Of a DNA stretch of 64,000 nt, positions 25,950 through 38,090 are shown one piece after another. Each line of letters opens with the position of its first letter. Position 1 is the stretch's first letter. Origin of the DNA: Malacoraja senta (taxonomy: Eukaryota); the NCBI GenBank assembly GCA_038087875.1, contig CM075991.1:7442001-7506000 (forward strand). The letters run 5' to 3'. The position numbers and the translations under genes are program-made. The notes under the pieces are model-generated. The model worked only from the letters and a program-made list of their open reading frames with translations, was not told the origin of the DNA and did no database searches.

Positions 25950-26102
25950 ACCGATGTGGGAGTGGGGGGGGGGGGGGCGCAGAACCTACCAATCCCCATC
26001 TACTGATACTCTCCTCTGCCTAGCGGAGCTGGTCCTTACCCGTAACAACTTTTCGTTTGACTCCTCCCATTTTAGCTTCTTCCCGCCTCAAAGTCTCAAA
26101 GG

Positions 26103-26432
26103 TTTAGTTTGGTTTAGGTTTGAGATACAGCGTGGAAACAGCCCTTCGACCCATGGAGTCCGCACCGACCAGCGATCCCCACACATTAACACTTTCCTAC
26201 ACACACTGGGAACAATTTACATTTATACCAAGCCATTAACCTACAAACCTGTACGTCTTTGGAGTGTCTTTGAAACCAAAGCGCCTTTGAAACCGAAGAA
26301 TTTTGGAGAAATCCCACGCGGTCACGGGGAGAACGTACAAACTCCGTACAGACGGGACCCGTAGTCAGAATCGAACCTGGGTGTCCGGCGCTGTAAGCGC
26401 TGTAAGGCAGCAACTTTACCGCTGTGCCGCCG
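26103..26432 (-). mobile_element. V-SINE (HE1-like)
   Basis: Consensus motifs. Confidence 0.8.
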
Positions 26433-26624
26433 TGGGTTTTCATAAAACATAAAGAAAGTGGAATTGTAAGTTAACGCACAAAACTCATTCCCAATCTAAG
26501 TATTGGTTTAATACCAGGGAAAGATCATCTGGGAACTTAATCATCCAATTCATATTATTAGAAGATCCTTTTGTTACATTACATATGGCATTAGAACCAA
26601 ACGTGCCTGTCCATATTTATTAGA

Positions 26625-26990
26625 GACATGGAGTCATACAGCATGCACGCAGGCCCTCAGCCCAACTTACCCACACCGACCAACATGTTCCATCTACATT
26701 CGTCCAACTTGCCTTCATTTGGCTCATATCTCTCTAAACCTATCCTATCCATGTACCTGTCTAAATGTTTCTTAAACCTTGTGATCGTACTTGCCTCCAC
26801 TACGTCCTCTGGCAGTTGGTTCCATACACCCACCACCCTTTGTGTAAAAAAGGTACCTGTCAAGTTTCTACTAAATCTTTTCCCCCTTCACATTATGTAC
26901 TCTGGTTCTCGATTTCTCTACTCTGGGCAAGAGACTTTGTGTGTTTTCTATTCCTCTCAAGATTCTATACACCTTTATAAGATCATACAC
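26625..26990 (-). mobile_element. CR1 LINE 3' fragment
   Basis: FFTQRVVGVWNQLPEDVVEASTITRFKKHLD. Confidence 0.85.
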
Positions 26991-27647
26991 CTCTTTTAGA
27001 TCACATTGGATCTTTATAACACCTCCTTTGGATCAACACATTATATTATATCCATTTATTTATTTCTCAATTCAGAAGTAATTACTTTATTTTTGAATGT
27101 GTTTATATCCTTTGTACCTACTTCACATCTGAACCTAGGGCCCTGTGTTAAGTGGTGAGAGCACGGGTGTGGATAGTGAGGTAACAAATTGATCTTAGAC
27201 AATATCATATCTGTTACTTGTAATCTCATCAACCAAATATTAGACGCGTTGTTGAACAAAAGGTTTGTGTTGCATTCCCGCCAACTGTTTACAGCTCTTG
27301 AATGGCAATGCTTGACTCAAAAGGAATAAGTGTTTCAACAGATATGTACTTCTGTTTAGTCAGGAGAATTTTGGTATTCATTTTGTATATTGCATTTATA
27401 TTGTGAAACATCAAAAAAATGTCCCGAATATCTGGCATCTGATTCTTCTGCTTTATAGTTAAGGAACTAGTTTTACTGCTTAAATGCCAACAGCTAGCAG
27501 GTGGAGCTGAATTATTTGAATTATCAATTTATTAACCGAGAGTTTACCACACTTTAGCCTGCTTTAGTCCGGGTACATTTGGTTTATCTAAAACTTTTGT
27601 CCCAATATTGTTTCAAATACAAAGTCTGATATGTGCCCAATTCAACT

Positions 27648-27968
27648 GGGGCGGCACGGTGGTACAGCAGTAGAGTTGCTGCCTTACAGCGCTTATAGCG
27701 CCAGAGACCCGGGTTCGATCCTGACTACGGGTGCTGTCTCTACAAAGTTTGTACGTTCTTCCCATGACCGCGTTGGTTTTCTCTGAGATGTTCGGTTTCC
27801 TCCCACACTCCAAAGACGTACAGATTTGCAGGTTAATTGGCTTGGTATAAATGTAAATTGTCCTTAGCGAGTGTAGGATAGTGTTAATGTGCGGGGATCG
27901 CTGGTCGGTGCGATTTCGGTGAGCTGAAGGGCCTGTTTCCACACTGTATCTCTAAACTAAACTAAACT
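27648..27968 (+). mobile_element. V-SINE (HE1-like), near full length
   Basis: gggcggcacggtgg head, B box ggttcgatcc, V core and (AAACT)n tail. Confidence 0.9.
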
Positions 27969-28151
27969 ATTTAGTCTCTCAATCCATTTCCACCATACTG
28001 AGCGACACTAGTAACTCAGTTGGTAAAGCCTGAAACTCTTAATCTTGTGGGTATCAATATGTAGAATGGTCAACAGTTTGAAATACATTTGGTGTTAATT
28101 CCTTGCACAGCCTTGATACCTCATAGCCGTTCTAAACCAAAACACAAATTC

Positions 28152-29012
28152 CATGAGAGGAATAGATCGGGTAGATGCACAGAGTCTCTTGCCAAGAGTT
28201 GGGGAATCGAGGACCAGAGGACACAGGTTCAAGGTGTAGGGGAAAAGATTTAATAGGAATCCGAGGGATAACTTTTTCACACAAAGGGTGGTGGGTGTAT
28301 GGAACAAGCTGCCAGAGGAGGTAGTTGAGGTTGGGACTATCCCATCTCCATCATGGCCTGGTTTGGCTCAGCCACCAAGCACGACAACTGGAGGCTGCAG
28401 CGAATCGTCCGATCAGCAGAGAAGGTTATTGGCCGCAACCTTCCCTCCATTGATGAAGTGTACACTGCAAGGGCCAGGAAGCGAGCGGGCAAGATCATCT
28501 CTGACCCCTCTCACCCTGGCCACAAATTCTTTGAATCACTTCCCTCTGGAAGGCGACTTCGGACTGTCAAAGCTGCCACAGCCAGACATAAAAACAGTTT
28601 TTATGCACGAGTAGTTGCTCTACTCAACAGCCAAAAATCTGTAGCCTCCCTTTGATCTGGTATTTTGTTGGTTCACGTGCTTGATCAATGGTGTTTTATC
28701 ATTCATGTTTTATTATGATTAATGTTTAGTGTTTTCTGTGTCATTCGTAACTGTCACTGTATGTCATGTTGTTACTTGTGGGCTGAGCACCAAGGCAAAT
28801 TCCTTGTATGTGAATACTTGGCCAATAAACTTACTTACTTACTTACTTACTTACTTAAGAAGCAGTTAGACAGGTAATGGATAGGACAGGTTTGTAGTGA
28901 TATGGACCAAGCGCAGACAGGTGGGACTCGTGTAGCTGGGACATGTTGGCCGGTGTGGGCAAGTTGGGCCGAAGGGCCTGTTTCCACACTGTATCACTCT
29001 ATGACTATGACT
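28152..29012 (+). mobile_element. CR1 3' fragment with a nested Rex1/Babar fragment (28345-28856)
   Basis: CR1 sequence (FFTQRVVGVWNKLPEEVV) resumes after the insert. The insert encodes AWFGSATKHDNWRLQRIVRSAEKVIG..LPSGRRLR and ends in (TTAC)n. Confidence 0.85.
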
Positions 29013-30437
29013 CTGCAACATACAAGTGAAAATTCAGACATTTTCTGGCACGTTCATTGGATAATATGTATGGTACTCAAGCCCAGGTGAAATAATTGCA
29101 AAATTAGGACATCCTTGCTTCGAGAATTTGTTATCTTAGTTTTCGCTCGATAAAAGCCCAGGCTGAACACCAGGGGAGTTGTGGCTTGCAAGGTTCACAG
29201 AAACAATAGCAAAACCCTGGAGATTCCAACTCAACCAACAGACCAGCCTGCACGCTTTCACCACCATCACCTTAAGATCAACAAGGAATGTGCAACTAAT
29301 GCCAATGGTGCCCACATGCACTAAATGAGTTAGAAAAATGACTTAATGATGTCCCTTGGAAATACTAACATAAACTAATTGTAAAGTTGCTGTTGCTCTG
29401 TAAAATGCATCTGACATTCAATGCACATAGGAACAAATTAGACGAGCAGCTAATTTAATTAGTCTGTTTTTAAGAGAAAGGCGTGCACTTGTATAATTCC
29501 CCTGCAACATTCCAAAGTGATTTACAGGCAATGGAACAAATTTCGAAGTGTCTTCACAGTCGGAATATAGGAAGTGCAGCAGTTAATTTGTGCTCTACTA
29601 GTTTCCCAGAGCAGCATTGTGGTAAAGATCAGAAAAACTGTTATGGAAATGTTGATTGAGAGCAAAATATTATAAAGGCTCCAGGGAGAAGTGCGTTTGT
29701 TCAAAGAAAGTATCCTCAGAATCTTTCATTCCAACAGAGGGAATAGACTAGGTCTTGGGGGAGGTTATGAGGACTGGAATATTTTAGCTCTGTGAAATTC
29801 TGGATAGGCTGTGGCTATTTTCATCAAAGCAGCAGAGGATGATGGGTGTTTAAACAAGGGGACATGACTTGAGAATTAAGGGACAGAAGTTTAGGGGTAA
29901 CATTAGGGGAACTTCTTTACTCAGAGAGTGGTAGCTGTGTGGAATGAGCTTCCAGTGGGTGGAGGCAGGTTCGATTTTATCCTTTAAAAATAGATTGGAT
30001 GGGTATATGGACGGGAAAGGAATGGAGGGTTATGGTCTGCGTGCAGGTAGATGGGACTAGGGGGAAGTATTTATTTAAAAAAATATATAATAAAAATTTT
30101 AAAATTTAAAAAAAAATGTTCGGCACGGACTTGAAGGGCCGAGATGGCCTGTTTCCGTGCTGTAATGGTTATATGGTTATATGGTTATAAATGAGGTGGT
30201 TTATAAAATTATGAAAGGCCTAGATAGGAGATACTATCTAGAAGGACCTTAGATGAGGATTCAAAAACTAAGGGGCATAGATTTCATGCATTTGATGGAA
30301 TGAGGCGGGAAATTGTTTATACACCGGGGGCAGTGGGGTTGGCTGAAAATAAACGGTTTTATTAGAATTCTTCACCAGATTTTAAAAGTGGAATGTGGGC
30401 TTCATGATTTGTGGCCAACAAGTCTGCAGATCTGGCC

Positions 30438-33400
30438 TAGTTTAATTTAGTTTAGATATATAGAGCGGAAACAGGCCGTTCGGCCCACTGAGTACGTGGC
30501 ATCCAGCGATCCCCGCACACTAGCACCATCCTACACACTAGGGGACAATTTATAATTTTACCAAGCCAATTAGCCTCTTTGGAGTGTGGGAGGAAATTGG
30601 AGAAAACCCACATGGTCATGGGGAGAACGTACAAACTCCGTACAGACACATCAGGATCGAACCCCTGATACCCCTGATGATGACAATCCTCCATCCTCCC
30701 CCTACACCAGCTATCACACCCGTCAACATGTTAATGGACAAAGAAATGCGTGTAATGGTGATGCTCAAAAGGAGATTCATGGTACCAACAAAGATATTGA
30801 TCGCAATGATGCCAGCAATGAACATGGGATCAAAATCGCTGTTATAAATTGCCGCAGTATAAGAGGAAAATATGCTGTGATCAATTCATTTATTGAAACT
30901 GAAAACCCTGATATCCTTATTGGGTCTGAATCTTGGCTGGACCCATCAATCAAATCTGCTGAGATTTTCCCTCCTCACCTTCAAATTTTTAGAAAGGACA
31001 GAAACTCGCTTGGAGGCGGTGTCTTCATCGGAGTTAACAATACCATTCCTTGTTTTGAACGTACAGACTTAAACAGCGACTCTGAGCAAATCTGGTGTCA
31101 AGCTACACTCGAGGGTCAGTCGTTACAGATCAGAAGCTTTTACCGACCACCTGGCATGAAAACGGAGCCTCTTTTAGACCTTGGATCAATCATCTCCAAA
31201 ATTTATGCCTCGTCACGCTCTCCATTTATCATCCTGGGGGGCGATTTCAATGTCCCAGGTGTAGATTGGTCTGACGGCATACAAAGTGAACCAGAAGGAG
31301 CTCTCCAAGAAGCCCTAGCTGACCTTACTCTGGAAAATCACCTGTCCCAAAAAGTCACTTTCCCTACCAGACGTGATGAGACAAGTGGCACCGAAAATAC
31401 TCTAGATTTATTGTGCACTTCTCACCCAGATTTAATTTCGGAAGTTTCATCGTGTGCTGGAATTAACGATCATTATATTATCCAAGCAAAACTGCACACA
31501 AAGCTTAAAGTTCCTTCAAAGCCACCGCGTAAAATTTCCCTCTGGAGAAAAGTGAACAGCGAGGAATTTAAAGTCTTAGCAAAAAAACTGGGAAAAGATT
31601 TCTTCAACCTGCAACCAAATAAAAGATCCGTAAATGACAACTGGGTGTGGCTGAGAAACTCTTTAAATAATATTGTTACAAATCATGTTCCTCAAAAACT
31701 CATTAAGGGCCGTATGCGTCCTCCTTGGTTTTCGGCAAAACTGAAACGTCTCTGCAGTAAGAAAGAGAAGTCTTATATCCGTACCAAAAAAAGGGGTACA
31801 AAACTGGACTGGGACAATTTTACTAGAATGTAAAAGCAAGTCGATCGTGCTATTAGGAGTGCTCATAGACAACATGTTTCTTCTATTCTTGGGGGAGAGC
31901 AACCCAAGGCTTTTTGGAGATATGTGAAATCCAGACGGACAGACAACACAGGTGTCCAGATGCTTAAAGTGAACAACTGTCTGATCACTGAGGACCAGGC
32001 GAAAGCAGAAGCTCTTGCAAACTAATTCCAACACGTTTTCACCCGGGAAGATATGGAGCCTTCATCATTTCCAGTTCTACCGCCCAGCCCGTATGCTGAT
32101 ATGCCTGCTATTAAAATTGAGGTTGAAGGTGTCAAGAAGTTATTGCTCAACATCAATACCACAAAAGCAATTGGACCAGATCAGATACAGAATCAAGCCC
32201 TCAAGATCGCAGCCGAAGAACTGGCTCCAGTTTTGCAGTTCATTTTCCAACAATCGCTTGACTCAGGTGATGTTCCGCTGGATTGGAGGAAGGCTAACAT
32301 CACTCCTCTCTTTAAGAAAGGTTCAACCACCAACCCAGCGAATTATCGTCCTGTTTCATTAACAAGTACTTGCTGCAAATTACTGGAGCATGTAATTGAT
32401 AGTAATCTGATGCGACACGTGAGCAAACATAATATTCTTGCTGACAACCAACATGCATTTAGGAGGCATAGATCATGTGAGTCTCAGCTTATCCTGACGA
32501 CAAATGACCTGGCCAAACATCTTGATGGTAATGTCATCACGGATTTAGTAGTGCTGGACTTTTCTAAAGCATTTGATGTCATCCCATACCAGAGACTGCT
32601 TCGGAAGCTTGACTTCTATGGTATTCGTTCCAACACGAAACGATGGATTTCCAGTTTCCTGACAAAACGTCTTCAGCGTGTGTGTGTGAACGGAAAGTGC
32701 TCCAATTGGCATCCAGTGTTGAGTGGTACACCGCAGGGCACAGTACTTGGCCCACATCTGTTTTTGCTTTACATAAACGACATCCATGAAAAAGTCGCAA
32801 GCACGACCAGACTATTCGCTGATGATTGTTTGCTGTACCGTCCAATTAAGTCAGCTGATGATGAAGATGCTCTCCAAAAGGACCTCGATACAATGGTTGA
32901 GTGGTCACACCAATGGGGCATGCTGTTCAACCCTTCCAAATGTGAAACCATGCGTGTCACCAGAAAGAGGAATCCAGGCAAAACATCGTACAATATACTT
33001 GGTACCACCCTTGAAGAATCCAAACAAACCAAGTATCTTGGCATCAAATTGCAGAATGATCTACGTTGGAATGGTCAGACTCATCATGCAACGGTGAAAG
33101 CAACAGGTGTCCTAAATTTTCTGAGGTGCAACTTTCATCATTGTTCAACTTCTGTCAAGGAGAAGCTATACTTCACCCTCGTTAGACCTCATTTGGACTA
33201 CGCAGTTGCAGCATGGGACCCATACACAAATAAAAACATTTCTTCCATCGAACGCGTCCAAAGACAGGCAGCTCGATTTGTTACTAACACCTATGAGAGA
33301 GAAGCGAGTGTTACCAAACTTCTGAATTTTCTGGGGTGGAACCCTCTCCAAGACAGACGTGAAGCTCACCGTTTGACCTGTTTTTACAAAATGTTAAATG

Positions 33401-33752
33401 GTCAGCTCAACATAGATTACAAGACCTGCACCAAACCCAAACCAATTAGGAGCAGACGAGGACATTCGATCCAATTTGAGATTCTAGCTACCAAGACAGA
33501 TGTGTACAGCAATTCATTCTTCCCCCACACAATTAAAGCATGGAATAATCTTCACCCTACCATAGTTACCCAACCAGATGCAACTAAATTTAAGGTAGCT
33601 CTTTCTTCCCAAAAACCCTTTCTGGCTTAAGCCCTCCCTCCACCACCTCCAGTTTAAATTCCATTTGGAATATTTTGGAGGACCAAGAAACCAAGAACCA
33701 AGAACCCGGGTCACTGGCGCTGTAATGTAGCAACTCTACCACAGCGCCTCTT
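30438..33752 (-). mobile_element. V-SINE split by a LINE insertion (halves 30438-30664 and 33702-33752)
   Basis: The SINE sequence caggatcgaaccc|gggtcactggcgctg is interrupted, with GAACCC repeated at both junctions. Confidence 0.8.
30665..33707 (+). mobile_element. CR1-group LINE of invertebrate-like type, ORF2 (APE endonuclease plus RT) nearly intact
   Basis: APE motifs INCRSI, ILIGSESWL, RKDR..GGGVFI, FYRPP, GGDFN, TLDL, NDH. RT motifs NYRPVSLTS, LDFSKAFD, GTPQGTVLGP, LFADD, SFFP..IKAWNNL. One frame with two TAA stops (31831-31833, 32023-32025). (ACCAAGA)n tail. Confidence 0.93.
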
Positions 33753-34172
33753 ACTGGCATGTGGTAGTTTACTGATGAATGGCACAGGAAAAATGGGCTG
33801 AAGGGCCTCCTTTTGTAAGCTTGCTGTGATTCAATAAAGAGCATGATTTAGCGTCTCATCCAAACACCACTTCTCTAACCTGGAGATGGAAGAGCTACAC
33901 TTGAAGTAGGCTCCTACATGTCAGTTATCTTGCATCTGTATAGTCCAATTAAAACATCTTTTCACTGCTAAATATTCTTTGTGAAATGTTCACCTTGAGT
34001 TTCATAGTTTCAAAGCTATCACAATGCCAAACACATCTATTTTTCTGCCTGCCATTTGAACTCTGCTTTTCCTTAAAAAATAATTTTCAAGAGAAACAAA
34101 GGTTTTAGTGGGTTGCGGTTGTCACTGGGTTATGACCACATTGCACATGATCAACTTAGCAGTGAAAAGAAG

Positions 34173-34460
34173 ACACAGGTTCAAGGTGAAGGGGAAAGAT
34201 GTAATAGGAATCTGAGGGGTAACATTTTCACACAAAGGGTGGTGGGTGTATGGAACAAGCTGCCAGATGAGGTAGTTGAGGCTGGGACTATCCCAATGTT
34301 TAAGAAATAGTTAGACCGGTACATGGATAGGACAGGTTTGGAGGGATATGAACCAAGCGCAGACAGGTGGGACTCGTACAGCTGGGACATGTTGGCCCGT
34401 GTGGGCAAGTTGGGCCGAAGAGCCTGTTTCCACACTGTATCAATCTATGACCCTATGACT
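34173..34460 (+). mobile_element. CR1 LINE 3' fragment
   Basis: NIFTQRVVGVWNKLPDEVVEAG. Same family as 28152-29012. Confidence 0.85.
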
Positions 34461-34894
34461 CGATGAAAGTAGGCTCTCCAACGCCAGCACATCCTTCCTC
34501 AGAGATGGGGCTCAAACGTCATAGAATAATAGTCATACAGCATGGCTACAGGCTCTTTACACTACTTGCACATGCTGACCAAGAGGCCCCATCTAAGCTA
34601 GTCCCACTTGTCTGTGCCTGGCCCATATTCCTGTTCATGTACCTGTTCAAGTGTCATTTAAATGCTGCTATAGTATCTATGGAAAGAGAAAGACCTCTGT
34701 GACCCTTCATTGGAAAAGGGACGACAGAAAAAAAAAGTGATTTTCAACATCTGCGGTTTTTATTTGATTTCCTTTTCCCAGTTCAAAATATCCTAATTCA
34801 GAAACCTAAAATACTGGAGATCCCTCCTGAGCCGAACTGAAGAGCGCATTAGTCACATAGATTGCTGCAGTTCGACAGGTGTCCTACCTTCAGC

Positions 34895-35360
34895 TTCTCA
34901 TCAGTACAGCCCAGACCATCAGACAAGCCAACCTCCCTTCCATTGACTCCATTTGTACCTCACGGTGCCTTGGCAAGGCCAGCAACATAATCTAGGACGA
35001 GTCGCACCCTGGCCACTCTCTCTTCTCCCCTCTCCCATCGGGCAACAGGTATAAAACTGTGGAAATGCACACCTCCAGATTCAGCGACAGTTTCTTCCCT
35101 GCTGTTATCAGGCAACTGAACCATCCTACCACAACTAGAGAACAGTCCTGAAGTACTATCTACCTCATTGGAGATCCTCGGACTATCCTTGATTGGACTT
35201 TACTGGTTTTATCTTGCACTAAACGTTATTCCCATATCATCTATCTGCGCACTGTGAATGACTCGATTGTAATCATGTATTATCTTTCCGCTGAATGGTT
35301 AACGTGCAACAAAAGCTTTTCACTGTCCCTCGGTACACGTGACAATAAACTAAACTGAAC
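34895..35360 (+). mobile_element. Older Rex1/Babar-type LINE 3' fragment
   Basis: SHPGHSLFSPLPSGNRY..SFFPAVIRQLN, then AATAAA and (AAACT) tail. Related fragments at 44435-44720 and 50360-50830. Confidence 0.75.
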
Positions 35361-35635
35361 TGCAGTTTGGCCTGGACAGTAACCGTCAATATAGGCAGCA
35401 TCACAAACTTCCCGTGAATGGCTCAGTAATGTCATATATGAGGCAACACAAACGTCACATGAATGGTGCAGTATTATGTCATATATGTAGCAATGGCAAC
35501 ATCCGATGAATGAATCAGTAACATCATATATGTATCAATGCAAACATCCCATGAATGACTCAGTAATGTCATGTATGTAGCCACACAAACGTCCCATAAA
35601 TAGTGCAGGAACATCATATATGTAACAACTCAAGG

Positions 35636-36080
35636 CTTGGTTTCTTGGTTTCCTGGTCCTCCAAAAATATTCCAAATGGAATTTAAACTGGAGGTGGCAG
35701 AGGGTGGACTTAAGCAAAAAAGGGTTCTTGGAGAAAAAGAGCTACCTTAAATTTAGTTGCGTCTGGTTGGGTAACTATGGGAGGGTGAAGATTATTCCAT
35801 GCTTTAATTGTGCGGGGGAAGAATTAATTGCTGTACACTGGTAGCTGGTATCTCAAATTGGATCAAATGCCCTCGTCTGCTCCTAATTGATTTGGGTTTG
35901 GTGTAGGTTTGGTGATCTACGTCGAGCTGACCATTTAACATTTTGTAAAACAGGTAAAACGGCGAGCTTTACGTCTGTCTTGGAGAGGGTTCCACCCCAG
36001 AGAATTCAGAAGTTTGGTAACACTCGCTTCTCTCTTATAGGTGTTAGTAACAAATCGGGTTGCCTGTCTTTGGACACGTT
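35636..36080 (-). mobile_element. 3' fragment of the same LINE family as 30665-33707
   Basis: ERVQRQATRFVTNTYKREASVTKLLNSLGWNPLQDRR, with the same 3' UTR and tail, inverted. Confidence 0.9.
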
Positions 36081-36217
36081 CCCATGAATGACTCAGTAAC
36101 ATCATATATGTAGCAGCACAAACGTCCCATGAATTCATTCAGTAAGGTCATATATGTAGCAACACATATGTCCCTTGGCTTGTCAGTAACATCATATATG
36201 TATCAACACAAACATCC

Positions 36218-37075
36218 GTTTGTGGGTTTGCTAGGTGGCGCGACTGACGTTGCAGCGGCCTCTGCAGTCCGTCTGTCTTTTTTTTATTTTTTGTCCAGTT
36301 GAGTGTATAGTTTGTAGTGGGTTTTTTAAATTGTTTTTAACTATGTATGTGTGGGTTGTGGGAGAAACTTTTAAATCTCTTCCCTGCACCGGAGACCCGA
36401 CCTTTTCCCTGTCGGGTCTCCGTTGTCGTTGGGGCCGAGCACCGTGGAGCGGCCTCCAACCGGAACGACCTGGGGGCTCAAGTCGCGGAGCCGGCTGACT
36501 TACTCACCATCGTGGGGCTGGCCGGCTTCGGAACGTGAAGAGCTGTGGTGGCGTGCTGCTGCGGCCCGATTCCAGAGCTTCGGAGGCTCCAGCCGCAGGT
36601 CCGGTGGACAGTGACATCGGGAGCTCGCGGGTCCCTGGTGGGAGACCGCTTTTCGGAGCTCCCGCAACGGCAACTTCTCCCACCCAAATTGCAAGGTTGA
36701 AGGCGACCCGGAGCGGGGCCTTACATCGCCCGGCGTGGCTTAAACAGCCGTGGGACTTGCCAGCACCCGCCGGGGGCTCCAACATCGAGACCCGGGCAGG
36801 GCCTTACATCGCCTGGCGCGGCCTTAATGGCCGCGGGACTTACCATCGCCCGCCGGGGGCTTTGACATCGGGAGAAGAATGGAGAGCAGGGGAGAGACAA
36901 GACTTTGCCTTCCATCACAGTGAGGAGGAGATTCACTGTGATGGATGTTTGTGTAAATTGTGTTGGTGTGTGTCTTGGTTCTTTTCTTGTTGTATGACTG
37001 CAGAAACCAAATTTTGTTTGAACTTCATTTGAGGTTCAAATGACAATAAACGGTATTGTATTGTATTGTATTGTA
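36218..37075 (+). mobile_element. GC-rich non-autonomous retroposon with (TATTG)n tail
   Basis: Homologous to 51841-52630 (minus strand). AATAAA plus pentamer tail. Confidence 0.75.
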
Positions 37076-37324
37076 TCCCATGCATGACTCAGTCACATCA
37101 TACATGTAGCAGCACAAACATCCGTGAGTGACTCGACACGAAGTATTCCGTGCTCCAGGATTGATTGTCAATCTTTCCGTCTCGTCACACCTGTAAAAAT
37201 GTTTATAGTATTTTCCATTACTGTTTCAAACGGTAATCTCCTTGGAAAGCGGCCACCAAACTTTGCATCGGTCTCCCTCACAGATTCTCACTGACAGTCT
37301 GAGTGGCCCCATAGGACCTGAGAC

Positions 37325-37967
37325 AGGAGACAATCAATCACACGCAGCTCTCAGCGCTGCCCTGGTAACTCTGCTGGGTACGTTCATATAAAAAAATAAA
37401 TTGTGATCATTGCCCACAGCAGTTTTACACAGTTCATCTGTTGCACTGTTCAAATACCAATTAATAATTTATCTAATGCGAGATAGATTCCTTCTACTTT
37501 CTAAAGAGGAGAAATTATCCCAAGATTTATTTTGTTCCAATAAAGTTGTTTTCACGGTTATCGAGACAGCTTCTTAATAATTCCTTTTACATCTTATGAT
37601 CTGTGGATAAATATTGCATGTGAATGTGGGAATGCCAACTCTGGCTGAATATTCATGACATTATCTCCCAACTTCAACCTCCCACCCTGTCAAACGACTA
37701 TTTATTTATTTCCATCCACTTTGTGAGAAACATCAAAATGAAAAAGCATTTTGTTTAACCCCCTCTCCACCCTATCCCCTTGAAAGTTATCTCCAGGCTT
37801 GCTCAGAACATCCAGGCATGAGTCGTTCATTTCTGGAGACACCAAGGCAATTTTGGATGATTGCCAGCCATTGGGGTGTAGAGTATAAATGCACTCAAGA
37901 GTAGCTATAACACTTTGCATAATACTTAAGAAGTTGGCATAACCCTTCTACCTCCATAAAACAAAGG
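37325..37967 (-). pseudogene. Decayed IgSF remnant F: tandem V-V domains
   Basis: In-frame phase-1 acceptor. V1: VIATLECIYTL, FQGDRVE, DVSHKVDGNK*. V2: ARVGIPTFTCNIY, KQLYWNK, SRIR*IINW, ND/TIYF, YQG/ELRVI. Confidence 0.55.
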
Positions 37968-38090
37968 CTATGCAGATTTCAAACTTTGACGAGACTGTAG
38001 ATAGACACAATATGCTGGAGTAACTCAGCAGGTCAAGCAGCATCTCTGGAGAACGTGGACAGGCGACGCCTCGCATCAGGACCCATCTTC

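Larger units (their letters stand above)
26440..29354 (-). pseudogene. Decayed IgSF remnant E: V-C1-V-C1 with possible TM
   Basis: Phase-1 acceptor (atttccaag). V: TSLSHFSNSFS/VHVGTIGISCTF, WW*K. C1: IFTCMLQ, NGYEVSRL, TVDHST. V: ILGQK, AKVW*, KTSSLTIK, SGHFF. C1: TFCS, NIWL, GPRFRCEV. Weak TM-like ILRLGMSFVR*LTIPLSLCFM near 26440-26500. Confidence 0.6.
35401..37135. repeat. 45-bp minisatellite (about 10 degenerate units) interrupted by two TE insertions
   Basis: Unit consensus cacaaacgtcccatgaatgactcagtaacatcatatatgtagcaa at 35401-35630, 36080-36217 and 37076-37135. Confidence 0.85.

Noticed and set aside
27648..27730. tRNA-like sequence with A/B boxes
   Set aside because: It is the head of a V-SINE, followed by SINE core and tail. 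Not a tRNA gene.
30586..30664. N-terminus of the 415-aa ORF
   Set aside because: Derived from the flanking antisense V-SINE, not from the LINE.
35401..36217. CRISPR-like periodicity
   Set aside because: Units are contiguous and degenerate with no unique spacers, and the context is eukaryotic.
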